Source of the DNA: Syncephalis fuscata S228
Lineage: Eukaryota; Fungi; Zoopagomycota
Assembly (NCBI GenBank): GCA_025786725.1
Contig: JAHLTZ010000007.1
Coordinates: 620,001-684,000, forward strand
Length of the DNA stretch: 64,000 nt
Direction: 5' to 3'
In this document: in pieces, positions 13,347 through 27,718 of the stretch
How positions within the stretch are numbered: the first letter of the stretch is position 1
Layout: every line of letters begins with the position of its first letter
Made by a program: the position numbers and the translations under genes
The notes under the pieces: generated by a model
Seen by the model: only the letters and a program-made list of their open reading frames with translations
The model's database searches: none
Told to the model about the DNA's origin: nothing

Positions 13347-13613
13347 ACAACTATTAAAGCAAGTTTATTAAATAATAACGATAATAAGCGCTTTATTTCT
13401 TTAATATAATATAAATACTGTTGCTAATCATTTAACTAGTGCCTATTGTGCATGGCTATACTGCTTATTTATTTATGTAACTCAATTGCAAATAAAGCGT
13501 TTTATATTCATTGTTAGTTGCACAGTTGTTTTAAATAGGCTTATATTGCTTTATTGACGTCTAGATTACCAATTTAGCTTGCAAGCATTTAATTAATTCA
13601 AAATTATAGCCTT

Positions 13614-14977
13614 TTATTTACGAACAAACGCTTTTGCATGCTGTATAGTTTCGGGAATTCGCAAGAAATTGCGAACCCATGGTGCGCGGAATGCAAGAAT
13701 CTGTAATATGGAGAATATGCTTGACGTGAGCCAGTAAATGTGAAGTGACTAAGTGTAAAATTAGTATGTTTACCATGAACAAATTGGTGCTACTTACCAC
13801 TGGAAAAGAGGCAGTAAACCAAACCATAGCTGCAGGCAAGATTCGCATCGCCAACTTCAGATTGGGCGACATAGCAACGTTGGGATTAAAGTACATGTTT
13901 AACTGTTTAGATTAATTAGCCCAAGTATTGCTGACAAGCAGTGAATTGATTTACCTCCGACGTAACCAAAAAACTAAGACTTGAAAGTATAGGGAAGACG
14001 TAGGTGGGATCAGCAGCAGCCAAGTTTTCAAACCACCATAGACCGCCAACGGTCAGTTGAGGCACCGGAATCTCCGACATACTACGCAGAGCCATGAAGA
14101 AAGATAGAAAAACTGGTATTTGGGACATCGATAGGAACAATGTTCTAACTGGGCTTACGTTGTGCTTTTCGAACAAAGTACGAATTTCCTGCGAATGAAT
14201 AGCAATCGATGCCGAGTCTTTATCTCTTTGTGAGCGTAGCAGCTTCTTTTTAACAATCTCCATTTCCGGATTGACATTATGAAGAGCTACAGTATTGCGT
14301 TGCTGTGCCGCCATTATAGGTACCATTGCAGCACGTACCAGAATAGTGACGGCCGGGATGGTTAACCACCATGGCATGCCTGTCCACACCTGAGTTGCTT
14401 CCAATAATGCTTCTACTGCACCTACAGGCGTGTAATTAACTAGACCCATTGCTTTAAAGTCGCCTATATGTAATGCAGCATTGGCGGCCGCTTCAGAGAC
14501 ACCGCTGGCAGCAGTGGCCGTTGCTGCTTCTGTTACAGCAGTGTTGGCCAATGCACTTGATGTTTCCAATGTAATTTCTGGAGTTGCAGCCAACGGTGCA
14601 ACACCAAGTGTTTCTGTTTGGTTGCTTAGAGTAGATGAAAAACGCACACCGTTTAATGTACGCGATCCTGTGCTGCGACGTATATCGGCTAATACAGCGG
14701 AGTGTTTAGACCATGGTCCACTGCAAGAAGATATTGAACGCGAGTTATTGCCCGTACATTTTAACTATTATCCAAAGTTAATGTTTATATTACCAATAAC
14801 TTGTATAAAATACTTACTGGCTGCTGCCTCGCTATTATAAAAGCGGATAAAGTAGAGCGGCCAGCAGTGCTAAGACCGCTAAACACCAAGTAAGTAATAA
14901 AATACTTATGCTTATTTTTACACTTACGTTCGCGACGAGATCCGACCGATTGAACTATTAATAACCCGCGCGTACAT
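13614..14977 (-). CDS. OXA1: Mitochondrial inner-membrane insertase Oxa1 (YidC family), multi-exon
   Basis: GMPWWLTIPAVTILVRAAMVPI, QIPVFLSFFMALRSM, GGLWWFENLAAADP; last exon LHIYWLTSSIFSILQ...FLRIP; basic presequence MYARVINSSIGRISSR. Confidence 0.88.
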
Positions 14978-15340
14978 TATAACGTCAAATCAAGAAAAGA
15001 GCAAAATATGACTGGAACGTAAATGCGTTAGACGGTAAAGAATCGTCAGGCCGCGATTGTTGTAGCAATTATATAAAAAAAGAAAATGATCCGACATCCA
15101 ATCAGCTTTTAAACTAGCTATTATTCCATTACCAATAGTGATTTAGCTGTTGTTATATGAATAGTAAATAAAGTGTTTAAATGACACGTAAATGTAGCTT
15201 TATCTATATGTTTTATTGGTGTCAAAATGGTCTTTATGAATTTATACAGCATCGGCTGTTTAGTGTTAGTTGCTCAAAGCTATCGACTGTAATCTTAGTG
15301 CGGCAGCTATTCAATCTAGCAAATATTTTCTACATGTCTA

Positions 15341-15861
15341 TTATTTAAACAAAAGTTCTCCAAAATCGCGTAATGGCAACGAAAATTCCTCAACGCCAGA
15401 GTGCTCGTTATTGTTGTTATCCTGCCATTTTAATTCGGCTTGGTCGTTCTCCTCTTCCTAAAAATGCATCAAGATTAGCTAAACAGCCAGTGTAGAGGTG
15501 TACATGCTAATACTTGCCATTTCATCAAGCGAAGTCAAATCGTACATGGCAGCTAGATGGGTCCAGATATCTTCAGCAGTTAGTTTAATAGGTGATTGAC
15601 GATTGTATTCTTCTACAACGCCCATCATACGGAAATGCTTGTGCAAGCCTGAACAGCAGAATACGGCCGTTGAGTTTCGCTGCAAACAAATAGCAAGCCA
15701 CACTTACCAACAGGTTTGTGGCGGGCAATCGCTCGAAATAGCGCAATCTCCATAGCTGTGGTCCAGATCGTGTCGGGTCCGTCCGAAGGTGTCGACACCG
15801 ATGGACCTGTCAACGCAGGTGAATGTAGCAATTGCGGTGATGCCAATGAGTCAGATTCCAT
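15341..15861 (-). CDS. EAF7: NuA4 subunit Eaf7/MRGBP (CT20 family), 3 exons
   Basis: WTTAMEIALFRAIARHKPVG/LHKHFRMM...EDIWTHLAAMYDLTSLDEM/...EEFSLP; second intron has a GC donor at 15517. Confidence 0.88.
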
Positions 15862-16063
15862 GGCTAAGCAAGTAATTTAGAAAACGAAACAAGATCTAAA
15901 CAAAAGCTGGCCAGTAATGGGAAAAAGTAAAGTGATATTTATTGCTACAAGTGAGCTACTGTACTACATAGTAATAAAAATGGTATAATTATAGTGATAG
16001 CAGACCAGCGAGTGAGTGTAATAAACAAACAATTGATATTTATTATTGTTACTATAGCTAATA

Positions 16064-19000
16064 CTACACTTCCATTCGATCAAGCATAGTATATATGTTT
16101 GTTTCAGCTTTCTCAGCAAAAGCACTTAATGCTGAACCAAGTGCTACAATTTGTGGCTGTAACTGTGCTGCAATAGGTGCTTCAAATACTCCTAATGCTA
16201 TTCGTAAGTATTCTATCCTAATCAATTACTCCAGCTTACCGGCAAGCCAATCGTGTATAGGCCGAATAAAACTCAAAAAGTCTGTATGTACATTTGCATT
16301 CAATGCCGATACCACTGAAATGAGCCCAATTAACACCACCTCAAGTATTTCTGCATTTGGATGATATCTTAGTGGCATCAATAGTTCAAGCAACGTATTA
16401 CACAAGGGCCATATATCAGGCGCATTTTCTATTATGTCACAATAAGAATTGACATATTAATCTTTACATTTATCATCGCTTACTTGAAAGTGAAATCATG
16501 TCAGACAGCGTTGCAATATACGGACGTAGTACAAGTGTGTCCTGCAACATTAAATGTCTAAAAAGTGTTATTATATCAATAAAACTAAAATACCATCAAT
16601 TACCTATTATCAGCATTAACGCTTAGATTAAGTAAATGATGAATGACAGTACTATGTCGTTGCATCCACTGAGTAGTGCCATGTTGTGGTGATTGCAAAC
16701 TAAGGCGCATTGATGTCCACACTACTGTACCAGATGGTTTTGATATTTTTGATTTCTAATAGAATAATAAGTAACAAAGAGCTGGTAAAATACCACTTAC
16801 TTTATCAGTGCTAGTTGGGAGTTGGTTTAGCCGATGCGTTGTTTGTCGTAAACATTCTAACAATAAAACACGACGTGATAAAGAACAATCCCGATTACCA
16901 ATAAAATCAATGATTTGTCTTTAAAACCATTGATCATTAGTTAATAATAATGTAATTAATAAACAGTTTATACATACTCAGTAGCCACTTCACTTTTTTC
17001 CATTAAAACTGTCAATGCAGCACATAGACATGGAATAAATTCTGGCTGTTCATACACATCTTGTAAATAGACTAGGCGACGTGTCAAGGGTATGACCCAT
17101 ACAGCTATTATTGATTAGTAGTTGTTAGTCAATTCATATTAATATTATTTATTTATTTAATATAGTAGTTTACCTAGATCTTGATTATGAACTATATGTA
17201 TAAGCTCTGCTGCTGCTATAATTCCCACCATCCATTTATCAACATCATCTTCACAACTTAAATACTGAATAAGGTCTCGCAAATACCTAGGTACTAATTT
17301 AGTAAAATATTTAAATTATTTAAAAATCTTACTTTGGTTTTTTTGTTTTCCATGCTCCATTCTCTTCTATATCGATAGATTTAGTTACTGAAATAAAGCT
17401 GATGTCCAATCTTTACCTGATACATCGTCTTTTTCTTCTTTTTCTTCTTCTTCTTCTTCTTCTTCTTCGGATATAGCGTCAATTGATTGTATAATTGCAT
17501 CTGGATCATCTAGCGTATCCTCGTTGTAAGATAAGTCGCCATTTAGAATATAAGATTGATTTAAGGCATTTCATCAGGTTTAACATTAGTATTTGCTGTA
17601 TAGCAATGCTCAGGTATCTCTGGTGTATGGCTTAAATTGCGCACAGTAACCACTTCTGGATCATCTTTATCCAGTTCAAAGTTCAATTTGCTATCGGTGG
17701 GACTGGCTATATTTGAAAATGACTCGGCTGTAATCTATTTACTTGATGAGCTAATGTTATTGCTGATTTGCATCATATTACCATTCCAATTTTCCTATAC
17801 AACGAAACTGTGCTATCTAATCGTCGATTGACACCATCTAGAAATACTGAAGTGTGTGCTATATTCTCAACAATCTTTGGTGCAAAGTATTTGATCATAA
17901 CAAAAATAGCGTGTGTTACATCTAATTCAAATAATTAATGTTAAAAGCTTTATGTTTTTGTCGACTTACTTAATTGCTTAAATTGATTCGCAGATTGTAT
18001 AAACATTAGATCGCCCCAGTAGCTAATTATTTGGTTTAGTAATTGTGACTGAATGTCAACTGGTAGTCTTGGTTAGCCCATATACAGTATGATAAATATT
18101 GTCTATCTAGTTACCTTTAGTATTGTGCTGACATGGTACAGATGCAATATGTTTAACAAAAGAATGTAATACATAAGCTTTCCATTGTATAGAAAGTAGG
18201 GTTTGTCGCAATGTGTAAACGAATGACTCTTGTTGAGCCGCTGTCCATTCGTGACTAGGTACGGCATCTTTTGGCAATAATAAGGCATTTAACAAATCTC
18301 GATTAAACAAGTAGGCATCTTGATTCTTATTAATTAATTAATTAATTAATTACTATAACTTTAAAAACTACCTTCATTAGATTGCATAGTATTTTGTATA
18401 ATAATTCTTAAAACTTGTGATTTTTGAGATGTTGCCATCTGTTCTACCAAACGGGGCCAAATAGGATAAGAGGTCTGTTGATGTGTTTTCATTATTATAG
18501 GTACTATAGCCGCTGTATATATACGTTAGTACGGTATATTCCATCATAGCGCTAATCAGCTCTACCCACCACCATGGCCGAGTCTTATACAGCGCTCGAC
18601 TAGTTGTGACATGCTTTTGAGAAATGCACCATCATTTACAACACCATCTGTATTGGTCGTTAATTGTTTGCGCTATAGCTTTCATGTAAACTTTCCTGTA
18701 TTAAATTGTACTTTTATCGCGTTAAATATCTTTTGGATCAAATTCTGGAAATAGAGTCTATGTGTATGGTTAAGGGCCAATTAGTTTTGATCACCAAGTG
18801 CTGTAAAGGATACGTAGAATCAAGCAGAGCTGATGGCAGTTCTCCCGCCAATGCATTGGCAACTCGTGTAGGTATCGAGCACAGTATTGACGTAATATCA
18901 TGCCAAGCAGCTGTCTCTTTTGGGCTAGCTTTTGTTGGTGTACAAGTCAATTGGCTTTGATAAAGATATAATATAGGTAATTTCTGTAACAGTTCAGTTA

Positions 19001-19463
19001 ATAGGCGTAGTATCGTCTGCAAAATAAATTGATCTTGAGTTGCCCAACCTTCCGATAAAGAGCCAGTTAGAACGCGTAAGCTATTTGCATAAATATGACT
19101 ATTGAGCAATTGTGTTTCTGTTGAATACTGCGTATCTTGCTGTAATGTTGGTATAAAATATGCGTCAAAGTATTTATGTCTTTGCTCTTTGGTGAAAGCT
19201 GGTAACCAGTTCACACATACATTTCGTAATAAAAATCGCGTATGTTCTGGGAATCCTGCTTCAATAAGAAGTGTTCGAGTTGTTGTTGTAGAGGATAAAG
19301 ATTCTGGTGGCGGTGTTGTTGTTATAAGATTACTGGTGTCGTCAAGCTGTAACCAGACTAAAGGTGCAGCTAATAGCGAATGCAAAGTGGAAATGTCAAG
19401 ACCCGGTGTAGCAAGCTCGACGCGTAGCTTTCTAAGCCACTTGCGTACAATGGACGACGTCAT
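16064..19463 (-). CDS. TEL2: Telomere length regulation protein Tel2 (TTT complex), many exons
   Basis: ILCSIPTRVANAL, acidic linker, YLRDLIQYLSCEDDVDKWMVGIIAAAELI; helical C-terminus ending ...MLDRMEV*. Confidence 0.75.
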
Positions 19464-19689
19464 GGCAAAAAATAAAAAGAAATAAAGCTTATAGATGTGA
19501 ATTTTGTTATTTTAATTATGATCTAGCATAGCCATCATTGAATATTTCACCATATTACGTATTTGATACTCTTTTGGCTCTATTGTTTTATTAATGATAC
19601 AAATGTAAATTATAAATCTAAAATCATAATAGATGAAAGCAGCCTACCAAGAAAAAATGTTTTATTACATGTATATTTAATACAGTTTA

Positions 19690-20680
19690 TTAAATGTTTG
19701 TTATGGATTTTGCCGTAGCAATCTGTGATAAATGAAGCATATGGTGGGTCATGGGACGATGTGCCAAGCTAGTACTGCTTCGCATACGCTGACAATGATT
19801 GACCAATATTGTCGTGACAATCATCCTAATGGCTATTAATTAAATAAATAACAATTTAGCAATGTACTCACCAGTCCACTGCAAAAAATACATCGGAATT
19901 GGCCGTATTTAAATGACTAATCACAAAAATGCAACAAATAATATTGCAAAGTATAGCCAAACACAGCGTTTGTATTCCTTCCTGTGCCAGTCGCTTCCAC
20001 GCTATCGATCCAAATGTACGATACTGCTGCAAGGCAGCCTTGCAGAAAATAGCAGAGAAGAATATGTTGATAGGACCATTGATTACAATCCAATACCATA
20101 CAAAGAAATGAGTATAATAGATCGTACAGCCTAGCTTTGCTTCTATCGTAAAGAAGCTGCTATATATCATCATAAAAGCATAAAATGGCTGTGCCAACAT
20201 CAGTGGAATGCTAAAGTATATTACCCATTTCTTCTGATAAAGCACTAAATAAGTTTTTCGAAGTATAATCAAGCTATTGCATGCCATTGCCACTCCTTGG
20301 CCAAATGCCATAGACCACACGACCATTCGACAGTTAACCAGAATCCCTAGATGCACAAGAGCTGATACTATTCCGATGCATACGCCCATAGAGGAAGGAA
20401 TTAGGCAGCACCATGAAAATATGTTGCAAGGCTGTAATATTGCCATCTTACCGGCCACAATCGAGTTACGTCCAAATAAATATAGCATGACTACCGTCAA
20501 TACTACTTCAAGATGAGCGCCCGTAAAACGGATGCGCTGCTCTTTAATATCGCCGGAGGCATTCATTAAGAAATCGATGGTATTTATTTCACCAAGCGGG
20601 TGGAGGGGAATACCCCATTTTGTTGCAGCATCTTTTGTCCACTCAGTATGGTTTAAATTTGTAAAATCTATGACCGGCAT
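19690..20680 (-). CDS. Orphan multi-pass (7TM, GPCR-like) membrane protein, 2 exons
   Basis: MPVIDFTNLNHTEW...; about seven hydrophobic helices, Cys in VNCR and LGCT loops, LRKTYLV after TM3, WKRLAQEGIQ before TM6; intron after VDW. Confidence 0.7.
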
Positions 20681-21637
20681 GGATAATTTGCGTGTAATAA
20701 ATGAAATGAAATAAAATAAATGATTGTAGTGGCACGCAGTTGAATAAAAAGAGAAGATATTGATGTAAATAACCAACCAAATCAGGGCAAATGTGGATTT
20801 GCATGCGTAGAATCAATTGCTGCCATGGTTCAATATATTTAACAGGTTTAGTGCAGCCTATTGCATAAAGCAGCCTCAGTTAATTCATATTTATTGGATA
20901 TTATGAAGAAAGAAGGAATGTGGTGAAAACGTGCCACAATATGAAACAAACATCCATATTCTGCTATTCAATATCAACTAGCTGTTTAGGCATTATCATC
21001 TAATAGATGATAGAAATGCTAGCAACATGTATTCAACTTTGAACAAATAAACCAGTAGCAATTCTAATATAAAATATGGATACTGTTGTACTTGCAATAA
21101 TACATGTGCTTAAGCGTTTGGACTCCAAGCACGTCTGAGTCTAACCGAACGGTAATACACTAATGCTTTCCTGTGTTTTTATGACAATATTAAAGAATAG
21201 TGGTAATACGTAGTATTAATACATAGGTATCTAAGCGAATATTAGCTATTTTTCCAACTAAACGATGATGCGGATCTGAGCAACGTTATTCTATATTTAT
21301 CGTGGCAATTTCTTTCACGCATCCACATCGTCCGCTACAACCTTGTATCATGCGCCTGACTTGGGCCAGTGCATACTAGTTGATTCAAGCACAGGAAATG
21401 ATATGCTTTACCTCCGACCAATTTGGAAATCGGTCTCTCCTTTAACCATTCCAGGAAGAGTATAACAGGTTTACAAAAGCATGGCACCATTGCCACCAAC
21501 TCGTTTCTATACCTTTATACCTGACTCCTGCGTAATTATTGTCCATTTTTATTATTAATAATTCTTTCTTTAGCGCTATATATGTTATAATCCGATCCTA
21601 TTTTTGTCCATACTTTATATAGTTACTTTATTCTTCA

Positions 21638-22625
21638 ATGCCGGATATTGATTACAATAACCCAGAAAACACCGAATGGATAAAAAATGTCACAAGACTA
21701 TGGGGCATTTCTCTTAATCCGCTTGGCGAAAAGAATGTACTTGATTTCTTTGTAGAGGCTAGTGGTGATATCAAGGAGCAACGCACTCGTCTAGTAAACA
21801 TTCAGATAGAGGTTTGATGATTGGTACAATGTTTTATCTTTTTGGCCGTAACATCATGATAGGCGGCAAGATGGTTTTATCAAGACCTAAAAATCTATTT
21901 TCCTAGTGCTGTCTCCTTCCCTCAATGGCAGGCATGATAGTAACTTTGGTCACTACATTTACATTGCTAGGCTCCGCTTTTAACTGCCGAACAATGATAT
22001 GGACGATTGCGTTTAGTTCATCAGTGGCTATGCTCGGCAACACTCTGATTTTGTTTCGAAAGGCTTACCTGGTACTTTACCAGGATAAATGAGTGCTCTA
22101 TGCCACTGCTTTATTCATGCTACCTCAACTAGCGTACGCCCTTATTGAGCTGCATTTTTGCTATATCACTTTGGAGCCAAAGTTTGGATGTGCCCTCTAC
22201 TATCCAAGCTTCTTTATATGGTACTGGCTTGGGATTAACGGTCCTCTCAACGTATTCTTTTCCATCATCTTTTGCTACTCCACTTGGAAGCAATACTGTG
22301 TGTTTGGATCGGATGCGTGGAAAAAACTGGCACGTGATGGATTACAAACTATTATACTGGCCGGATTATGCAACATTTTTTGCTGTATTCTGGTTCTTTG
22401 TCCTATAAGCTATACAAATCCTGACATATTCCTTGTTGTGGACTGGCAAGTAAAATCTAACTAATGTCACTGCTTAGCTAATAGATATTTAGGATTATTG
22501 TTACAGCAATATTGGTGCAACATTGTCAAAGTATGCAAGATAGCACGAAAACATCCCATCGTCCTAAGACAAGCTATGTGCTTAATATCTCTCAAATTAC
22601 TACAACAAAATCTGTAGTCCATTAA
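21638..22625 (+). pseudogene. Divergently oriented 7TM paralog with two nonsense codons and one frameshift
   Basis: Colinear with 19690-20680 (MPDIDYNNPENTEW, ASGDIKEQR, WKKLARDGLQ). TAG 21904-21906 and TGA 22090-22092 align to Trp of the paralog; -1 shift at 21813-21815; same intron position but a GC donor (22446). Confidence 0.75.
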
Positions 22626-24233
22626 ATTAAAAAAACCATTAATATTGTAAAATAGTATGCGTCCCAAGGATCTAACCATTGTGTGAGTAATTGGCAAGCA
22701 AGCAAAAACAGCAAAACAACAATTAAAGTATAAACACGTGTAATTATTAGAAGAGTATTAAAAATGCTTTTTTGTAAATATGTAATTTAAAATAATGGCG
22801 CGCCAAGATCGCAATATTTGAAAAGAAAATAATAATAAATAAATAAAGAGATAAAAGATAAACTAAAACAACTGGAAAATAATTTTTGTTAAAGCTGAAG
22901 ATGTGCAAGTGTCAAGCCTACCTTTTTGTTTCTCTTAATTTACATTTACATTATTAATAAAATAATAAAACCAAATATATAAATTCAAACGTACAATCTA
23001 CATAGTTCAAATTCACAATGATAAATGTAGCACAACACAGTATGATTGATGCTTTATATATATATATACGTTTATTATTTATTCATGTAACTATCATATT
23101 TGGTGCTTATAAACTATCTGGCTTTTTCTCACTTAGAACTGTAGCAGTTTAAAACAAAAGCACGCACCCAAAACCATCTTTTAATAAATTAAATTAATAA
23201 AATGCGATGCTCAACACCATTTAAAAACTATTTAGCTTTTTAAAGCGCATTATAACATTGGTCGTAGTTGTGCGTAGCTAGAGCTGCCAGACAATAAGCG
23301 TTTGCTCTTTTTTGTCTCGAAACACCAGTTTTTAGTTTAGCTATCGTTTTGTGATCATCTTAACGTGTAAATTTAAAGATAAAATATTAGTGCTGTTATT
23401 CTTATTTATCTTATTACAATTCAAATAATAAATGTTAAAAGTGTAACTAACATTTAATAAACAATATCATTATATGACCAGCTCTAAGAAATTGAAAAGC
23501 CATAATTATTAAATGTAAATTATAGTACAATAATATACTAAAAACTTAAATAAACATGGACACAATGAGTTTTATGACAGGTGTCAATTTTATTAATTTG
23601 CATTTAATATAAATAATATATATTATGCTTAATCGAGGTGTGCGAATAGTAATAATTATAAGTAAAAGAGCTATCGTAATGAAAAAGAATCATTGCAGCC
23701 AAAAAGGGCCATGCCAAGAGCGATGAAATCAAGGATGTGTGCACACACACGAAAAAGCAAACAACTACAAAATACATGCTTCAAAGGAAGGAAAATCTAA
23801 ATCCACCTAAAGAATCCAATGAGCCGGAGGATTCTTTTGTAGAATAAAGTTGAGGAGAAAAGAGAATTTTTAAGTAGGTGAATTCATCACAATAATAACC
23901 ATTACCATAGGCTTCTATAGAGCTGCAAATGCAAATAGAGATACACCAAAAGGGTGTAGACAGGCGACTGGTGCCGACTGGTAAATAAAAGAGATAAAGC
24001 AGCCATGGTAATAGGTGTCGGTGAATAGAAATGTACGATCAAAAAGAAGCAAATACGTTACGCATGGCGAAAAGAAATACGCACGGCGAAGAAGCGTAAC
24101 GCAATTCCGCCGATGCACCTGTCGAGGAACGAAAAAAGAAAAGGAAAGGAACAACAAAAAATAACAAATAGTGGTTTTGCGCAAGCAGAAACTGTGGAAT
24201 AACAACTACACGATAGAAATGGAATAATTACAC

Positions 24234-26126
24234 TCAATCGTACATGTTAACGAGTAAAGGTACCTGGGCAACAAATTCAGGCAAAAATACACGATCTTCA
24301 TGCTTTAGATCTTGAATACCGCCACCAAGAGCATGCCAGTGTGCAAGTAGTGCGGCACATTCTCCAATACGGCGCTGACGATGGCATACCTGAGCCAAAC
24401 GAGCTACTACCTCATCGTCTTCAGCATCGACAGTCATTGCGTTACGGTACCAGCGCTCGGCTTCAGCAAGTAGACGGGCCTCAGCAGCTGGATCGGCAGC
24501 AATACAAGCACTAATGAAGCAGGCATCGCCCAAACGTTCTTGCATTACTGCGTTTTCTTTGTTTGCTTGAACTGCGCAACGGAAAGCAGCACAGGCCCGG
24601 TCAAAGTATGGTCGGACGACGGTATGGAGCGATGTAGCAATTTCAACATTGGTGTATTGCTGGCCGTGCAACGTATTCAGCTCGGTAAGACGGGTATCGG
24701 CGATAGTGTGACAAAGCTGACCATAATCAAAGTGTAGATCAGCAAGTAATTCACTATTGACGGCAATAGCTTCATCAATTGCCTCTTCGTATTTGGCCAA
24801 TGCTTCATCGAACAAAAGCGGATTGGCTGAGCCTGCACGGTCAGCTCGTGTTTTGGCCATTGTTTCGAGTAGCTCGGCCCATTCTGCAAGTAGTTCAACA
24901 CGATGACTTGGCACATCAACAATTGCTTGGGCCAAAATATGAATGGCATCTGCGTATAATCCTTCAGCCATAACTACTGCGCGACAAGCTTTTAATAAAC
25001 GATTAATTAGTATATAGTTCAGTTTCCATGTTTTAATGCAGTTACCATTTGCCTGATCATCTTCATCATCCTCTTCATCATCCTCCCATTGCTCGGCGTA
25101 TAAATTGGCTAGCTGTGCAAGCACACCAATCAATGAAACAATAGTATTGACCAATGCATCGGCACTAGTGACGTCTTCTTCTTCTTCTGAAGCAATGGCT
25201 GGACCTGGAGTAGGTGTACCAGGTGGACTACGACCACAAATAGCTCTGAATGACATCTGTGCCATATAGGCGCGGCGATAAGCGACAATAGAGTGCTGCA
25301 ATGATGCATATGCATTATTGGTAGCAACATCAGATGCAGCATTTTCAGGATCGTCGGCCTGTTGAAGTAGTAAGTTGGCCTGGTCGGACAGTGCACGTCC
25401 CAAGCCTAATAATGCACCAACGTGTTGTGGATCACGTATCGATGCAAGTTCAAATACACGAATAGCATTGCCAAGCTGCGCTAAACGCCATCCAAGCTGG
25501 GCCTGTTGACCAGCACGTTCAAGTGCTAGCAAATTAGCACGTCCCCAGCGATAAAGACAGTCCACATCGGCTGGATCAAGTCGATGTGCTTGTTCACAGG
25601 CAACAACTGCTTGTTGTAAGGCAACATAGATTTGGTCGTCTGGTAAAGTATTGCTGCGCACTAAAAGAGAAATAGAAAACAAGTAGGGAAGTAGTAGAAA
25701 TGGCAATAACAGCGTGATTATTAGTGACACGTGATAGCGGTGATAATAATTTAAAATGCAGCTGTACACATCAGCCGGCCACTCATGGACGCAATAATCT
25801 AGCAAAATGTGCATGCTTTGAAACGCCTCAAATGCTGCACCCCGTGCATTTGCGTTTCATATCAAATCATTCCTGTGTTAAAGCTACTTACCCTTGTCCA
25901 ATAAAGCAATGGCCACTACAAATGAAACATATGCATGCATTAGTATTTGTTTGAGTGTTCTACATCTCTCCCTGTTACACGACCGGCCATAGATTATTGC
26001 ACTATGTCTCGTCGCGTACTTACCGGCAGTCCAGGCTTGACAGGTATGTGCGGCTGGCATTGGTGATGCTTGACCCATAGGAAATAGAGCGGTTGATCTG
26101 GTTGTGTTAATGGCGATAATGGTCAT
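24234..26126 (-). CDS. TPR/helical-repeat protein, paralog of the gene at 63069
   Basis: TPR-like units (ACEQAHRLDPADVDCLYRWGRA; FELASIRDPQHVGALLGLGRAL; AFRCAVQANKENAVMQERLGDA); the 5' exons are inferred via GTAAGT introns. Confidence 0.7.
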
Positions 26127-27718
26127 TGTAGCTGTGATGGTGGCCGGCTTGTTCGATAGACGCTGTGTATAGTTTGGCGTAGAGGAGACGACAATTTGAT
26201 GGCAGCAGAATGATTGGGCAAATTGAATATCAACAAAAAATAAAGTGTCTTAAATAATTTCAGTAAAACTAAGCACTATTCACGAGCAATACTACTTGAG
26301 TAAATAGCACGTTGATAGCAACGAAGGAAATAGTAGCTGAAGTAGAGAAGACACGATTGAGAGCAAAGAAAGCGAATGGAGAATATGAAGTCAGCATCAA
26401 TAACGGCTGAATTTTATAAGCAAAAGCAATGGCGGTATTTAGATAGGAGTGTACTACAGCTGCAGCTGCAATATTGATGACAAGGTAGTAGCGGCGACAG
26501 CAGCTGCAGTGGCGGCACTAGTAACAACAGGTTCAGAAGGACTGGCATGTTAGACGTGGATAGCTGTGGGCGGTAGTTGAAGCGGAATTGTCGACTGTCG
26601 GACCTGCGCGCCATACACGCGTGTATGTTTGTGTGTGTGCGTTCAACTAGAAACGCTGGCGGAGCCCGCACAGCCACGATGCGAAATCCGCATTCAGCTG
26701 TCGTGCAACACATAGCTCTTGACAAAGCTGGCCATAGGTAACACACCTTTCAGACTGGTTATTAGGTGGCCTTTTCTTGCGAACAAGGTAGGATGAAAAC
26801 AATGATGCATGAAAAGTGTGGGTCGGCACGAAAGTATGCAGAAATAAGGGATGCATATGCAAAGGTGATGCAATGGCGAAACGTGTAATTTACGGAGACA
26901 TATACATCCACTGCATGCATATGAAAATCATGATAGTAGTAACAGTAGTAAAATAACAACAACAACAGTAGCCATAAACAAACGGAGAAAAGAATCCGGC
27001 CTATGCCAATTCAAACGATTCATGCTTGCTTATTTTTTGGCGGTACTTGCAGTGCATTGCAGACTGCTGTATTATGTATGCACGGCTATATTGCAGCAGC
27101 TGCAGTAGCAGTAGCAGCAGTAGCCATCATTACCGCCATTGCCATCAACAAAACTAAAACAATAACAACAATAGCAAAGCACGGATGATGCAGGTGCAGC
27201 AAATGCATGTATGTATATGCAGTGGTTTGCTGCAGTTGAAGTATAGACCGTTCGTGATCAGCTATCTAGTATGTAGCATACTATTTGTTCAATAGATGAT
27301 CAATAACGGTTTATAGAACAATTGTCGTTGATTGCTGCATATACATACATGCATATATGCATACACACGAACAAGTTGCACCTTGCTATTCAATTGATCA
27401 ATGAAGGCAAAAACAATAGCTGCAATTTACACCAACCAAATGCGTATGTAAACAACCATGACGAGGCCATCGCTACTAGGAATGGCCATATCGATAGATG
27501 CAGCGATAGGACCTGCATCGTTATGACGAATAAACAAAAACAAAAACAAAAACAAACATAGGCCAATAGGCATGTTCAAGTCGGTCGACTAGAATACAAT
27601 GACAGCATTAGCCATGAGTAAGGCATATGCCAATGTAGAATACATATCTATGTGCATGTAAGCGTGTATGTACGTGTGTATGTATTCATCCAATGCAAGC
27701 ATGAGATTGCTCGCTACT

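Noticed and set aside
14481-14840. Antisense or alternative-frame ORFs overlapping real genes (also 19102, 32172, 44247, 46650, 52675, 56009)
   Set aside because: Shadows of coding sequence on the other strand or frame.
26400-27700. Short ORFs and GCA/AAC/ATGC simple repeats
   Set aside because: Low-complexity UTR or promoter sequence between the TPR gene and CYT1, with no recognisable protein.
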